A model generated the notes under the pieces. The model saw only the letters and a list, made by a program, of their open reading frames with translations, ran no database searches and was not told the DNA's origin. Below are positions 43,083 to 53,296 of a stretch of DNA of 64,000 nucleotides, piece after piece (position 1 is the stretch's first letter; every line of letters begins with the position of its first letter). Made by a program: the position numbers and the translations under genes. Source of the stretch: an uncultured Dehalococcoidales bacterium (GTDB lineage: Bacteria; Chloroflexota; UBA6077; FW602-bin22); NCBI GenBank assembly GCA_964536925.1, contig CAZHZF010000008.1, positions 7,479-71,478 of the forward strand. Direction: 5' to 3'.

Positions 43083-44366
43083 TCAGAGGAGCGGCGTCCG
43101 GACGATCGTGCACTCCCGGTGAAGTCCGACTGTGACGATCGCCGGAGGACAGCCGATCAGTTGCCCGACGCGATCGACATAACGCTGGGCATCGCGGGGG
43201 AGATCCTCCCACCGCCTCGCCGCGGTCGTCGGTTGGCGCCACCCGGGGAGGTCCTCGTAGATCGGGCGGCAGCGGGCGAGAACGTTCATGTCGGCCGGCA
43301 CGCGATCCAGGCGCCCGGTATCGTGCTCGTAGCCGACGCAGATCCGGATCGTCTCGAACTCGTCGAGGACATCCAGCGCGTTGATGACGAAGTGATCGAA
43401 GCCGTTGAGTCGCGCCGCGTATCTCCCCAGCACGGCGTCGAACCAGCCGACCCGTCGTGGCCGACCCGTGGTGGTCCCGTACTCGTTGCCCCGCTTGCGG
43501 ATCGTCTCGCCCAGCGCGTTGTCCAGTTCGGTCGGGAACGGGCCGTTGCCGACGCGGCTGTAGTACGCCTTGAAGACTCCGATGACCCGGTCGATCGCCT
43601 TGGGTGGGAGGCCAGTACCGATGCACGCCGAGCCGACGCTGGGCGCGGAAGAGGTGACCGTGGGGTAGGTGCCGAACTCGATATCCAGCAGCGTCGCCTG
43701 AGCCCCCTCGAGGATGACGTTCTTCCCCGCTGCCACGGCATCCTGGAGCAGTTCGACCGTGTCGCACACGAACGGCTTCAGTCGCCGCGCGTAGACCGCG
43801 GTTCGCTCCAGAACCTGAGCAAAGGAGATCGGTGCGGCACCGTAGACGCTGGAGAACAGGCGATTCTTCTCGCCGACGACGTAGCTCAGCCGATCGTGCA
43901 GGTTCTCCGGGTCGATGATGTCGCACATACGCAGGCCATCTCGCGACGCCTTGTCCGCGTAGGCGGGGCCGATGCCGCGAAGAGTGGTCCCGAGCTTCCA
44001 CTCGCCCCGGCTCTGTTCCTGCAACTGATCCTGGATCTTGTGATAGGGCAGCACGACGTGCGCCCGATCGCTGATCTTGAGGTTGGTGACCGGGATGCCG
44101 CGCCGCTCCAGTTCATCGATCTCCTCGATCACGACCTCGGGATCGACGACCACGCCGTTGGCGATGACCGACGTGATCCGCGGATCGAGCACCCCCACGG
44201 GCAGCAGGTGGAGGGCAAACTTCCCACGCTCGTTGACGACGGTGTGCCCGGCATTGGAGCCGCCCTGGAAGCGCACCACGAAATCGGCGCGGTCGGCCAG
44301 ACCATCGACGATCTTCCCCTTGCTCTCGTCGCCCCACTGGGCGCCGATGACCGCCACGACCGTCAC
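43083..44366 (-). CDS. purA: Adenylosuccinate synthetase
   Basis: VVAVIGAQWGDESKGKIVD...GTTLRGIGPAY...TTGRPRR. Confidence 0.97.
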   Translation of the reverse strand: MTVVAVIGAQWGDESKGKIVDGLADRADFVVRFQGGSNAGHTVVNERGKFALHLLPVGVLDPRITSVIANGVVVDPEVVIEEIDELERRGIPVTNLKISDRAHVVLPYHKIQDQLQEQSRGEWKLGTTLRGIGPAYADKASRDGLRMCDIIDPENLHDRLSYVVGEKNRLFSSVYGAAPISFAQVLERTAVYARRLKPFVCDTVELLQDAVAAGKNVILEGAQATLLDIEFGTYPTVTSSAPSVGSACIGTGLPPKAIDRVIGVFKAYYSRVGNGPFPTELDNALGETIRKRGNEYGTTTGRPRRVGWFDAVLGRYAARLNGFDHFVINALDVLDEFETIRICVGYEHDTGRLDRVPADMNVLARCRPIYEDLPGWRQPTTAARRWEDLPRDAQRYVDRVGQLIGCPPAIVTVGLHRECTIVRTPLL

Positions 44367-44390
44367 AGCCCGGCGAGTATAGAGACTCCC

Positions 44391-44654
44391 CTAGCGCTCC
44401 CCTCCCTGCCAGAAGATGCCTTCCTCGAAGTGGCAGTAACTCTCAACCAGGCTCCGATTCAACGTGGCGTAACCGGACTCGACGCATGCGCCGAGGATCC
44501 TGCGGAACCTCCTGCGAGCGATGCCGCTGAAGCGCGCGTGCCAGTTCTCGGGCCGTGGTTCCGCGAGGAATACGACGCCGCCACCCACGTCCAGGAACCC
44601 GCCCTTTCCGTCCGGGGCGATGAGGCGGAAGAGCACGATTGCGAAGCGCTCCAA
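44391..44654 (-). CDS. Hypothetical 87-aa protein
   Basis: TTG-start ORF with strongly GC3-biased codons like neighbouring genes. No motif recognised and no clear SD. Confidence 0.4.
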   Translation of the reverse strand: MERFAIVLFRLIAPDGKGGFLDVGGGVVFLAEPRPENWHARFSGIARRRFRRILGACVESGYATLNRSLVESYCHFEEGIFWQGGER

Positions 44655-44679
44655 TGTGGCAATCTCTACAGTAGATCAC

Positions 44680-47600
44680 GTGGCATCTCGTTACCTCGAT
44701 GAGTTGGCTCGGCGGGTCCTCGTCTTCGACGGTGCGATGGGGACGTCGCTGCAGAAGTTCGCGCTCTCGGCCGAGGACTTCGGCGGTAAGGAAGGCTGCA
44801 ACGACTACCTATCTGTGACCAGGCCAGATGTGGTCGAGCAGGTCCACGATGGCTTCGCGCGCGTGGGCGTGGACGTTCTCGAGACGAACACCTTCGGTTC
44901 GACCCTATTCAAACTGCGTGAATACGACCTCCAGGATCGCCACGACGAGATCAACCTCGCCGCGGCGCGTCTGGCCCGGCAGGTTGCGGATCGGCACGCC
45001 ACGCCCGATCACCCAATCTTCGTCGCCGGGTCGCTGGGTCCATCCGGGATGCTCCCCTCTTCAGACGATCCAGTCCTGGGCAACGTCACGTTCGAAGAGC
45101 TCGCGGTGTCTTTCGGCGAGCAGGCGCGCTCCCTCATGGAGGGCGGTGTCGACGTCCTGCTCATCGAGACCGCCCAGGACATCCTCGAACTGAAGGCCGC
45201 GGTCGTCGGCATCCAGAGGATGTTCCGGCGATTGGGGCGCCGGGTCCCGATCCAGGCGCAGGTGACGCTCGATACCACGGGCCGTATGCTGCTCGGCACC
45301 GACATCAGCGCCGCGGCGGTCACTCTTCAGGCGCTGCCGATCGATCTCATCGGCATCAACTGTTCCACGGGCCCGGAGCACATGCGCGAGCCGGTGCGGT
45401 ACCTCGCCGAGCGATGCGCCCTCCCCATCTCGGTCATCCCGAACGCCGGACTGCCGATCAACACGCCGACGGGTGCCCACTACCCGCTGGAGCCCGCCCC
45501 GCTCGCCGAGGCGCTCCTCGAGTTCGCGGCAAGCTTCGGCGTGGCGGTGGTTGGCGGTTGCTGCGGCACCACGCCCGACCACATGGCCGCGGTCGTGGCT
45601 GCAATCGACCGACGTCCGCCGATCCGCCGGGAGGTCATTCGGGTGCCGATGGTCTCGAGCGGGATGCGTGCTACCGCGCTGCATCAGGAGCCGGCCCCGA
45701 TGATGGTCGGCGAACGGGTCAACTCGGTCGGTTCGCGCGCGGTCAAGCGGATGCTCCTGAAAGACGACTACGACGGGGTGCTGCAGGTCGCGCGCGATCA
45801 GGTCGAGGGTGGCGCTCACACGCTCGATGTGTGCGTCGCGACGACGGAGCGTACCGACGAGGCCGACCAGATGCGCCGTCTGGTGAAGAAGCTCGCGGCT
45901 GGTGTCGACGCGCCGCTGATGATCGATACCACCGAGTGGCAGGTGGTCCAGGCGGCACTCGAGCAGTATCCCGGTCGGGCGATGATCAACTCGATCAACC
46001 TGGAGAATCGGGCGGCGAAGGTCGACACCGTCCTCCCTCTTGCGGTCGAGCACGGCGCCTGTGTCGTCGCGATGACGATCGACGAAGAGGGCATGGCCAG
46101 GACAGGTCCCCGTAAGTACGAGATCGCGCAGCGGATCTACGACATTGCGGTCGGCGAGTACGGGTTGCCGGCCGACGCGCTGATCTTCGATGTGCAGACG
46201 TTCCCGGTCGTCACGGGCCAGGAGGAACTCGTCGATAGTGCTCTCGAGACGTTCGAGGGCATACGCCTCATCAAGGAACGACTTCCCGGCGTCTCGACGG
46301 TCCTGGGCGTCTCGAACGTCTCCTTCGGCGTCGGCACCGAGGCGCGCGGGGTGCTCAACAGCGTGTTTCTCTATCACGCGGTCCGCCACGGCCTCGATCT
46401 CGCGATCGTGAACCCCGCGCACGTCACGCCCTATGCCGACATCGATCCGGAGAGCCGTGCCCTGGCCGAGGACCTTCTCTACAACCGTCGGCCCGATGCC
46501 CTCGCCCGGTTCATCCAGCACTTCGAGAGCCGTGGCCCGGCCGAGACCGGTCCGGCCGTCGATCCCTATGCGGGACTGACGACGGAGCAGCGGATCCACC
46601 AGCAGATCCTCCATCGCAAGAAGGACGGCATCGAGGCGCTCATTGACGATGCGCTGACCCGCCGCTCCGCTGTCGCGGTCCTCAACGAAGTGCTGCTGCC
46701 GGCGATGAAGGACGTGGGCGATAAGTTTGGAGCCGGAGAGCTCATCCTGCCCTTCGTCCTCCAATCCGCCGAGGTGATGAAGCGATCGGTCGCACACCTC
46801 GAGCAGTTCCTCGATCGGCAGGAGGGGTACACGAAGGGGCGCGTCGTCGTGGCGACGGTCTTCGGCGACGTCCACGATATCGGCAAGAACCTCGTCTGCA
46901 CGATCCTGGGCAACAACGGATACACCGTCTACGACCTGGGGAAGCAGGTTCCGCTCAATACGATCATCGACAAGGCGCGCGAGGTCGATGCCACGGCGAT
47001 CGGTCTCTCCGCGCTCCTCGTCTCGACCTCGAAGCAGATGCCGCTCTGCGTGCAGGAACTGCACCGGCGCGGGCTGAACTACCCGGTTCTCATCGGCGGG
47101 GCGGCGATCAACCGCTCGTTCGGCTACCGGGCGCTCTTCGTGAGCGACGAGTCCGAGTATGCCCCGGGCGTCTTCTACTGCAAGGATGCGTTCGAGGGGC
47201 TCGAGACGGTGGATCGGCTCATCGACCCCCAGCATGCCGCCACATTCGTGGCCGAAGTCAAGGCGAAGGCGCGCGCGGATGTCCATCGCGGCCTGGGTCG
47301 GCGGACCGATGGCCCGGCGACGACCGCGGTCGCGCCCTCATCGGTCCATCGGGCGGCGGCGATCCCCCGGGCCCCGTTCTGGGGGTGGCGCATCCTGGGT
47401 GGCTCGCCGTCGGCGCGCGCGCGGCGGGGTGCGACCGCGGACGCCGCTCGGGGCACGATCCCCCTCGATGAGATCTTCCGGTGCCTGGATCTGAAGACGC
47501 TCTTCCGTCTCCACTGGGGCGCGCGCGGGCGCGACGGGGCGGAGTTCGATCGCCTCGTCGACGAGGAGTACCTGCCGGCGCTCGATCGACTCAAGCGCGC

Positions 47601-48255
47601 GGCACGTGCCGGGGAGAACGTCGAGCCCGCCGCGGTCTACGGGTACTTCCCCTGTCAGAGCGAAGGGAACGACGTCATCGTGTACGACCCGACCGATCAA
47701 GATGGCCTGCGGCGGCTCGAGCGCGTGGGCGCCGGACCCTCCGAGGCGCGCGCCATCGAGCGGTTCACGTTCCCGCGGCAGCCCGCCTGGGACCGCCTGT
47801 GCCTCGCTGACTACTTCGCGCCGACAGGCTCGGGGCAGATCGACGTGCTGCCCCTGCAGGTCGTCACCGTCGGCGCCCGCGCCGACGACCTGGCCGACCG
47901 GCTCAACCAGTCCGGCGACTACACCGAGGGCTACTACCTCCACGGCTTCGCCACTCAGTGTGCCGAGGCGACCGCGGAGTATCTGCACGGTGTCATCCGG
48001 CAGGAACTGGGTATCGGCGCGGCGCAGGGCCGCCGGTACTCGTGGGGATATCCCGCCTGCCCCGACCTGGAGGATCACGTGCGGGTGATGCGCCTGCTCC
48101 CGGCCGATCGTATCGGCGTCTCCCTCACCTCCGCCTGGCAGTTCATCCCCGAGCAGACGACCGCGGCGCTGGTCGCGCACCACCCGGACGCGAAGTACTA
48201 CTCGACGCTCAGCCCGGCGGCCGAAACGCCGGCCGCGGTGGGCGCTGCACCCTAG
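44680..48255 (+). CDS. metH: Cobalamin-dependent methionine synthase
   Basis: Hcy-binding, pterin-binding, B12-binding (DVHDIGKN = DxHxxG) and AdoMet-activation modules. The start is approximate (GTG 44680 or 44656). Confidence 0.95.
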   Translation: MASRYLDELARRVLVFDGAMGTSLQKFALSAEDFGGKEGCNDYLSVTRPDVVEQVHDGFARVGVDVLETNTFGSTLFKLREYDLQDRHDEINLAAARLARQVADRHATPDHPIFVAGSLGPSGMLPSSDDPVLGNVTFEELAVSFGEQARSLMEGGVDVLLIETAQDILELKAAVVGIQRMFRRLGRRVPIQAQVTLDTTGRMLLGTDISAAAVTLQALPIDLIGINCSTGPEHMREPVRYLAERCALPISVIPNAGLPINTPTGAHYPLEPAPLAEALLEFAASFGVAVVGGCCGTTPDHMAAVVAAIDRRPPIRREVIRVPMVSSGMRATALHQEPAPMMVGERVNSVGSRAVKRMLLKDDYDGVLQVARDQVEGGAHTLDVCVATTERTDEADQMRRLVKKLAAGVDAPLMIDTTEWQVVQAALEQYPGRAMINSINLENRAAKVDTVLPLAVEHGACVVAMTIDEEGMARTGPRKYEIAQRIYDIAVGEYGLPADALIFDVQTFPVVTGQEELVDSALETFEGIRLIKERLPGVSTVLGVSNVSFGVGTEARGVLNSVFLYHAVRHGLDLAIVNPAHVTPYADIDPESRALAEDLLYNRRPDALARFIQHFESRGPAETGPAVDPYAGLTTEQRIHQQILHRKKDGIEALIDDALTRRSAVAVLNEVLLPAMKDVGDKFGAGELILPFVLQSAEVMKRSVAHLEQFLDRQEGYTKGRVVVATVFGDVHDIGKNLVCTILGNNGYTVYDLGKQVPLNTIIDKAREVDATAIGLSALLVSTSKQMPLCVQELHRRGLNYPVLIGGAAINRSFGYRALFVSDESEYAPGVFYCKDAFEGLETVDRLIDPQHAATFVAEVKAKARADVHRGLGRRTDGPATTAVAPSSVHRAAAIPRAPFWGWRILGGSPSARARRGATADAARGTIPLDEIFRCLDLKTLFRLHWGARGRDGAEFDRLVDEEYLPALDRLKRAARAGENVEPAAVYGYFPCQSEGNDVIVYDPTDQDGLRRLERVGAGPSEARAIERFTFPRQPAWDRLCLADYFAPTGSGQIDVLPLQVVTVGARADDLADRLNQSGDYTEGYYLHGFATQCAEATAEYLHGVIRQELGIGAAQGRRYSWGYPACPDLEDHVRVMRLLPADRIGVSLTSAWQFIPEQTTAALVAHHPDAKYYSTLSPAAETPAAVGAAP

Positions 48256-48271
48256 AATCGCGCCTCCAGCC

Positions 48272-49777
48272 ATGGCCGAGCCGATCGATCCCCTGGAGGA
48301 ACTCGACGAGCACCGGCGCGTGCGTCTCGGCAAACTGAACGAACTGGAGTCGCGCGGCATCGACCCGTACCCGCCGCGCGTGGATCGGACCCACAATGCC
48401 GCCGCGGCCCTGGCGCTGTTCGACCCGGCCGCCGAGACTCAGGCCGAGGTCGCGGTCGCCGGTCGCATCGTGACCCAGATGAAGCGGTTCGGCAAGCTCG
48501 TCTTCTGCCACATCGCCGATGGGTCGGGCCGCATTCAGCTTGCCTGCCGCTTCGACGTTCTGGGCGCTGCCGGATTCGCGCTGCTCGACTCTCTCGAGAT
48601 GGGCGACTTCGTCTCCGCCCGCGGGCACATCTTCAGGACCCGCACCGGTGAGATCAGCGTGGATGTGGCGCGGTTGACGCCCATCTCCAAGGCGCTACGC
48701 CCCCTGCCCGAGAAGTTCCACGGCTTGACCGACGTGGAGAAGCGGTATCGTCAGCGCTACCTGGATCTCATCGTCAACCAGCCGGTCCGCGACGTGTTTG
48801 TGACGCGTTCCCGGATCATCGCCGCGATCCGGCACTTTCTGGACGATCGCGGATTTCTCGAGGTCGAGACCCCGATCCTCCAGCCGCTCTATGGCGGCGC
48901 CGCCGCCCGCCCGTTCGAGACTTTCCACAATGCGCTCGATCGCCGGCTCTACCTGCGGATTGCCACCGAGCTGTATCTGAAGCGGCTCCTCGTCGGCGGC
49001 CTCGACCGGGTGTATGAGATCGGGCACAACTTCCGCAACGAGGGCATCTCAGCCAAGCACAACCCGGAGTTCACCGTCCTCGAGTCCTATCAGGCGTATG
49101 CGGACTACCAGGATGTGATGGCGATGGTCGAGGAAATGGTCGCCCATGTCGCCACCACGGTGCTCGGCACGCTGACCGTGCCCTTTCGCGGCGCCGAGAT
49201 CTCCCTGCGCGCGCCCTGGCGTCGCTGGCCGATTCTGGAGGCGATCGCGGAGTACTCGGGGATCGACGTGGAGGGCCACCCGACCGCCGAACTACTCGCG
49301 GGCGCGGCCCGGCGGAGCGGCGTTCCGATCCCGCCGGACTGGAACCGTGGCAAGATCATCGACGAACTGCTCTCGACCTTCGTCGAGCCGCGCCTGACCC
49401 AGCCGACGTTTCTGACTGACTACCCCGTCGAGTTTCCCGGGTCCACACTGGCGAAGCGCGCACGGGGGAGCGACACGTCGGTCGAGCGGTTCGAGGGATT
49501 CGTCGGTGGCTTCGAGATCTGCAACGCGTTCAGCGAACTCAACGACCCGCGCGATCAGCGCGCGCGGTTCGAGGAGCAGGCCGAACTCGGGCGGGGCGGC
49601 GACGACGAGGCCCATCCGGTGGATGAGGACTTCCTCACCGCCCTGGAGCATGGCATGCCCCCGGCTGGCGGCCTGGGCGTGGGCATCGACCGCCTGGTGA
49701 TGCTGCTCACCGATCAGCACTCCATTCGCGACGTCATCCTGTTCCCCCAGATGCGCGACGTGGAGGCCGCGCCGTGA
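48272..49777 (+). CDS. lysS: Lysine--tRNA ligase (class II)
   Basis: OB-fold N-domain; FRNEGISAKHNPEFT (motif 2) and GVGIDRLVM (motif 3). Confidence 0.95.
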   Translation: MAEPIDPLEELDEHRRVRLGKLNELESRGIDPYPPRVDRTHNAAAALALFDPAAETQAEVAVAGRIVTQMKRFGKLVFCHIADGSGRIQLACRFDVLGAAGFALLDSLEMGDFVSARGHIFRTRTGEISVDVARLTPISKALRPLPEKFHGLTDVEKRYRQRYLDLIVNQPVRDVFVTRSRIIAAIRHFLDDRGFLEVETPILQPLYGGAAARPFETFHNALDRRLYLRIATELYLKRLLVGGLDRVYEIGHNFRNEGISAKHNPEFTVLESYQAYADYQDVMAMVEEMVAHVATTVLGTLTVPFRGAEISLRAPWRRWPILEAIAEYSGIDVEGHPTAELLAGAARRSGVPIPPDWNRGKIIDELLSTFVEPRLTQPTFLTDYPVEFPGSTLAKRARGSDTSVERFEGFVGGFEICNAFSELNDPRDQRARFEEQAELGRGGDDEAHPVDEDFLTALEHGMPPAGGLGVGIDRLVMLLTDQHSIRDVILFPQMRDVEAAP

Positions 49778-49817
49778 TCGACGACGCGGTGGCCGTCCCG
49801 ACGATGGGAGGGGGCCG

Positions 49818-51101
49818 GTGCTGAGCATCCAGCTCATCCGGGAGTCGCCCGACCTCGTCCGCCGGGCGATCGCGCGGCGCCACGAGTCGCCGCCGCTGGA
49901 CGAAGTGCTGGCGCTGGATGAGCGGCGCCGCCTGTTGCTGGCCGAGGTGGAAGCGCTGCGGGCACAGCGGAACGAGGTCTCCCGGCAGATCGGGCGGCAG
50001 GGAGGCGACCGGGCGGCGATCGATCGCATCCGTGAGGAGATGCGCGCGGTCGGCGCGCGCATCGAGGCGCACGAGGCCGAACTGTCGACACTCGAGGTGA
50101 ATCTGCGCGCGCGACTCCTGGAGATCCCCAATATCCCCCATGACTCGACGCCGGATGGCGCGTCGGAGGACGAGAACGTCGTCATCCGGACAGTCGGGAC
50201 CCCGCCCGATCTCGGGTTTCCGCCGAAGCCCCATTGGGAGCTCGGCGAGTCGCTGGGCCTCCTCGACTTCGAGCGGGGCGTCAAGCTGGCCGGCACCCGG
50301 TTCTACGTGATGCGGGGCGGCCTCGCCCGCCTTCAACGAGCGCTCATCTCCTGGCTCGTCGATCTGCACACGGTAGAGCACGGCTATACCGAGATGAACG
50401 TGCCCTACCTGCTGAAGGGGAACGCGCTCGTCGGCGCGGCGCAACTGCCCCGCTTCGCGGGCAACCTCTACCACGATGTGGAGAGCGACCTCTGGCTGAT
50501 TCCCACGGCCGAGGCAGCGCTGGCGAACATCTATGCCGACGAGATCATCGAACCGGGCAGGCTCCCGATCAAGATGGTCGCCTACACCGCCTGCTTCCGC
50601 CGCGAGCAGTTCGCCTCCGGTCGCGACACGCGCGGGATCAAGCGCGGCCACCAGTTCGACAAGGTGGAGATGTTCCGCATCGTCGAGCCCGAGACAGGGC
50701 TCGAGGCGCTGGAGGAGATGGTCGAGGAAGCCGCCAACTGCCTCAAGCGGCTGGGGCTTGTCTACCGCGTGAAGGCCCTCTGCACCGCCGACATCGCCTT
50801 TCAGTCAGCCAAGACCTACGACCTGGAGGTGTGGGCGCCGGGCGTCGCCGAGTGGCTGGAGGTCTCGAGTTGCTCGACGGTGACGGATTTCCAATCACGA
50901 CGGGCGAATCTCCGCTTTCGACGCGCGGCGGGAGCGCGGCCCGAGTTCCCCCACGAATTGAATGGGTCCGGCCTCGGTATCCCGCGGACCATGATCGCGA
51001 TCGTCGAGAACTATCAGCGCGCCGATGGATCGATCGACGTGCCCGAGGTCCTGCGGCCGTACATGGGCGGGCTCGCCCGGGTGGAGGCCGCCCCCGCGTG
51101 A
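49818..51101 (+). CDS. serS: Serine--tRNA ligase
   Basis: MLSIQLIRESPDLVRRAI coiled-coil arm and a class II core (FRRE..., GSGLGIPRT). Confidence 0.95.
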   Translation: MLSIQLIRESPDLVRRAIARRHESPPLDEVLALDERRRLLLAEVEALRAQRNEVSRQIGRQGGDRAAIDRIREEMRAVGARIEAHEAELSTLEVNLRARLLEIPNIPHDSTPDGASEDENVVIRTVGTPPDLGFPPKPHWELGESLGLLDFERGVKLAGTRFYVMRGGLARLQRALISWLVDLHTVEHGYTEMNVPYLLKGNALVGAAQLPRFAGNLYHDVESDLWLIPTAEAALANIYADEIIEPGRLPIKMVAYTACFRREQFASGRDTRGIKRGHQFDKVEMFRIVEPETGLEALEEMVEEAANCLKRLGLVYRVKALCTADIAFQSAKTYDLEVWAPGVAEWLEVSSCSTVTDFQSRRANLRFRRAAGARPEFPHELNGSGLGIPRTMIAIVENYQRADGSIDVPEVLRPYMGGLARVEAAPA

Positions 51102-51772
51102 GGGTGGGGAGCGCCGTCGGCGCTCTGGCGCTACTCAGCCTCCTCTGTCTCGGGTGCGCCGATCTGGCGTTGCCCACCCCGACGGTCGCCCGTCTCCCCA
51201 CGGCGATCCCGCGCGCGGTGGCCCCACCGGTCCGCGAGGCCGCGGCGACCGCGGCGCCCCGCATCTCCGCGCCCGCGACCGCCAACCCGGCCGTTTCGTC
51301 CGCGGCGCCGAGCGCGCCGACGGTCACATCATCCAGTGTGGCAGTCGCGCCGTCGAACGTCGCTCTGCCCACCGCCGCGCCGGTCACCAGAACCAGCGCT
51401 GCTGTCGCGCCCGCAACCGCCACCCGACCATCGCCGGCTCCGCCGATCGCGACCCGTCCATCCGGGGCGACTCCCACGACCGCGCGGACACCCAGCCCGC
51501 GACCCGCCGTCACCGGCACCGCGACCGCGGCGTCCGTCCCCATCATCGGATCGGGCGGCACCCCGACGAGAACGCCGACCCGCACGGGGACACCCACGGG
51601 CGACCCCGCCACCGCCGATCTCTACAACTGCTCCGATTTCGCCAGTCAGGCGGAGGCACAGCAATTCCTGCGTCGTTATCCGAACGATCCGAGCCGTCTC
51701 GACCAGGATCGCAACGGCATCGCCTGCGAGTCCAATTCTCCGCCGCGCGATCTCACGCCGATCCCGCGCTGA
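51098..51772 (+). CDS. Lipoprotein with Pro/Ala/Thr-rich linker and C-terminal Excalibur Ca-binding domain
   Basis: The GTG start overlaps the serS stop (GTGA). Lipobox LLCLGCA; C-terminal YNCSDFASQAEAQQFLRRYPNDPSRLDQDRNGIACES. Confidence 0.75.
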   Translation: MRVGSAVGALALLSLLCLGCADLALPTPTVARLPTAIPRAVAPPVREAAATAAPRISAPATANPAVSSAAPSAPTVTSSSVAVAPSNVALPTAAPVTRTSAAVAPATATRPSPAPPIATRPSGATPTTARTPSPRPAVTGTATAASVPIIGSGGTPTRTPTRTGTPTGDPATADLYNCSDFASQAEAQQFLRRYPNDPSRLDQDRNGIACESNSPPRDLTPIPR

Positions 51773-51822
51773 TCGGGGCGCGAAACCCGCCCCGCCCGGC
51801 CCCGCTTGCTACGATGGGTGAT

Positions 51823-51906
51823 GGAGGGATGGCTGAGCGGTCGAAAGCAGCCGTCTTGAAAACGGCCGGGTGATGAGCCCCGGGGGTTCGAATCCCTCTC
51901 CCTCCG
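51823..51906 (+). tRNA. tRNA-Ser (anticodon UGA), type II with long variable arm
   Basis: Hand fold: acceptor GGAGGGA/TCCCTCC, anticodon loop CTTGAAA, long variable arm, T-loop TTCGAAT. CCA not encoded. TACGAT box 7 nt upstream. Confidence 0.93.
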
Positions 51907-51970
51907 CCCTCTGAGGGGATCCGGCAGGCCGGCGAGTGTGAGACCCGCCGATCTGCCCTTCACCCGGATA

Positions 51971-53296
51971 TCACTCGTGCCGTAGCGCCTCGATCGGGTC
52001 GAGCCGCGCCGCCGAGCGCGCCGGGTAGAACCCGAAGAACACGCCCACGACGGCGGAGAAACCGAACGCCAGGCCGATCGCCGGGAGCGTCACCGCGGTC
52101 GCCCATCCCGCCAGGCTGGCGAGCGCGTAGGAACCGCCCACGCCGAGCAGGATGCCGATTATCCCTCCGACCAGGCTGAGAGCGATCGCCTCGATGAGGA
52201 ACTGGGTCATGATGTTCGATCCCCGCGCGCCAATCGCCATCCGGATGCCGATCTCCCGGGTACGCTCGGTCACCGACACGAGCATGATGTTCATGATGCC
52301 GATGCCGCCGACGATGAGCGACACCGCGGCGACACCCGCCAGGAGGTAGCGCATCGTGTCACTCGTCCCCTGAACCGTGTCGATGATCTGATTGTTGTTC
52401 CGCACCGTGAAGTCGTTCGCTGCCGTGCCGGTCAGGCGGTGCCGCGCCCGCAGCAGGTCGGTGATCTGACTCTGGACGGTCGCGATCTGATCCGCGCTCG
52501 CAACCTGCACGGCGATCTCCTGGACCGTCGTCTGGTTGAACAGGCGGACCTGCCCGGTGCTGAACGGGATCATCACCACGTCGTCCTGATCCTGAAAGCC
52601 GTTGGAACCCTTCGCGGCCAGGACACCCTTGACGGTGAACTGGACGTTCCGGATGAGGATCCTCTGCCCGACGGGGTCGGTCGCGCCGAACAGGTTGGTC
52701 GCGACAGTCTGCCCGATCACGGCGACGAGGGCACCGCTGTCCTGATCGGCCTGATCGAACGCCACGCCACGGGCGATCTGCCACGACTGAATGGCGAACA
52801 CGCTCGGGTAGTACGCCCGGACCGTCGTGCTCCAGTTCTTGTTCGCGGCCTGCACCTGCGTGCCGTTCGCCATACGGCTCGGCGTCAGCAGGGCGATGCC
52901 CGGGACCTGCGCCTGGATCGCCAGGGCATCCGCCTCGGTGAGCGTCTGCTGCGTCCCGGCCGCGGTGCGGACCGCGCCCGGACCGAAGCCGCTCCCCGGC
53001 GAGATGGTGAGCATGTTCGTGCCCAGGCCGGCCAGTCGGGCCTGGAGCGACTGACTCGCGCCCTCCCCGAGCGCGATCATCACGATCACCGAAGCGACGC
53101 CGATGATGATGCCCAGCGCGGTCAGCAACGAGCGCAGTTTGCGCGCCAGGAGCGCATCGAGCGCCGAGGCGACGCTCTGCCCCAGGGCGATCGTGCCCCG
53201 GGTGTCAGCCGGCAGCGGCTCCGCCAGGACCTCCCAGGCAGTCGGTTCTGACGATAGGGATTCGGCGAGGACCGCCGTGCGCGTGGAAGCGATCAC
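51971..53296 (-). CDS. MacB-type ABC transporter permease (FtsX domain + periplasmic core)
   Basis: 441 aa: TM1, a large periplasmic domain, and three C-terminal TM helices with an FtsX-like signature. Confidence 0.9.
   Translation of the reverse strand: MIASTRTAVLAESLSSEPTAWEVLAEPLPADTRGTIALGQSVASALDALLARKLRSLLTALGIIIGVASVIVMIALGEGASQSLQARLAGLGTNMLTISPGSGFGPGAVRTAAGTQQTLTEADALAIQAQVPGIALLTPSRMANGTQVQAANKNWSTTVRAYYPSVFAIQSWQIARGVAFDQADQDSGALVAVIGQTVATNLFGATDPVGQRILIRNVQFTVKGVLAAKGSNGFQDQDDVVMIPFSTGQVRLFNQTTVQEIAVQVASADQIATVQSQITDLLRARHRLTGTAANDFTVRNNNQIIDTVQGTSDTMRYLLAGVAAVSLIVGGIGIMNIMLVSVTERTREIGIRMAIGARGSNIMTQFLIEAIALSLVGGIIGILLGVGGSYALASLAGWATAVTLPAIGLAFGFSAVVGVFFGFYPARSAARLDPIEALRHE

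Noticed and set aside
45061-47286. 741-aa minus-strand ORF inside metH.
   Set aside because: It is antisense to metH and has a low-complexity Arg/Asp/Leu composition. It is a GC-driven open frame.
49778-49817. Looked for T-box leaders upstream of serS and lysS.
   Set aside because: The intergenic gaps are only 40 nt (serS) and 16 nt (lysS), far too short for a T-box.
51180-51600. Repetitive-looking Pro/Ala/Thr-rich stretch, considered as a possible tandem repeat or array.
   Set aside because: It is low-complexity coding sequence, the linker of the Excalibur lipoprotein. It has no precise DNA repeat unit and no spacer/repeat periodicity, so it is not CRISPR-like.
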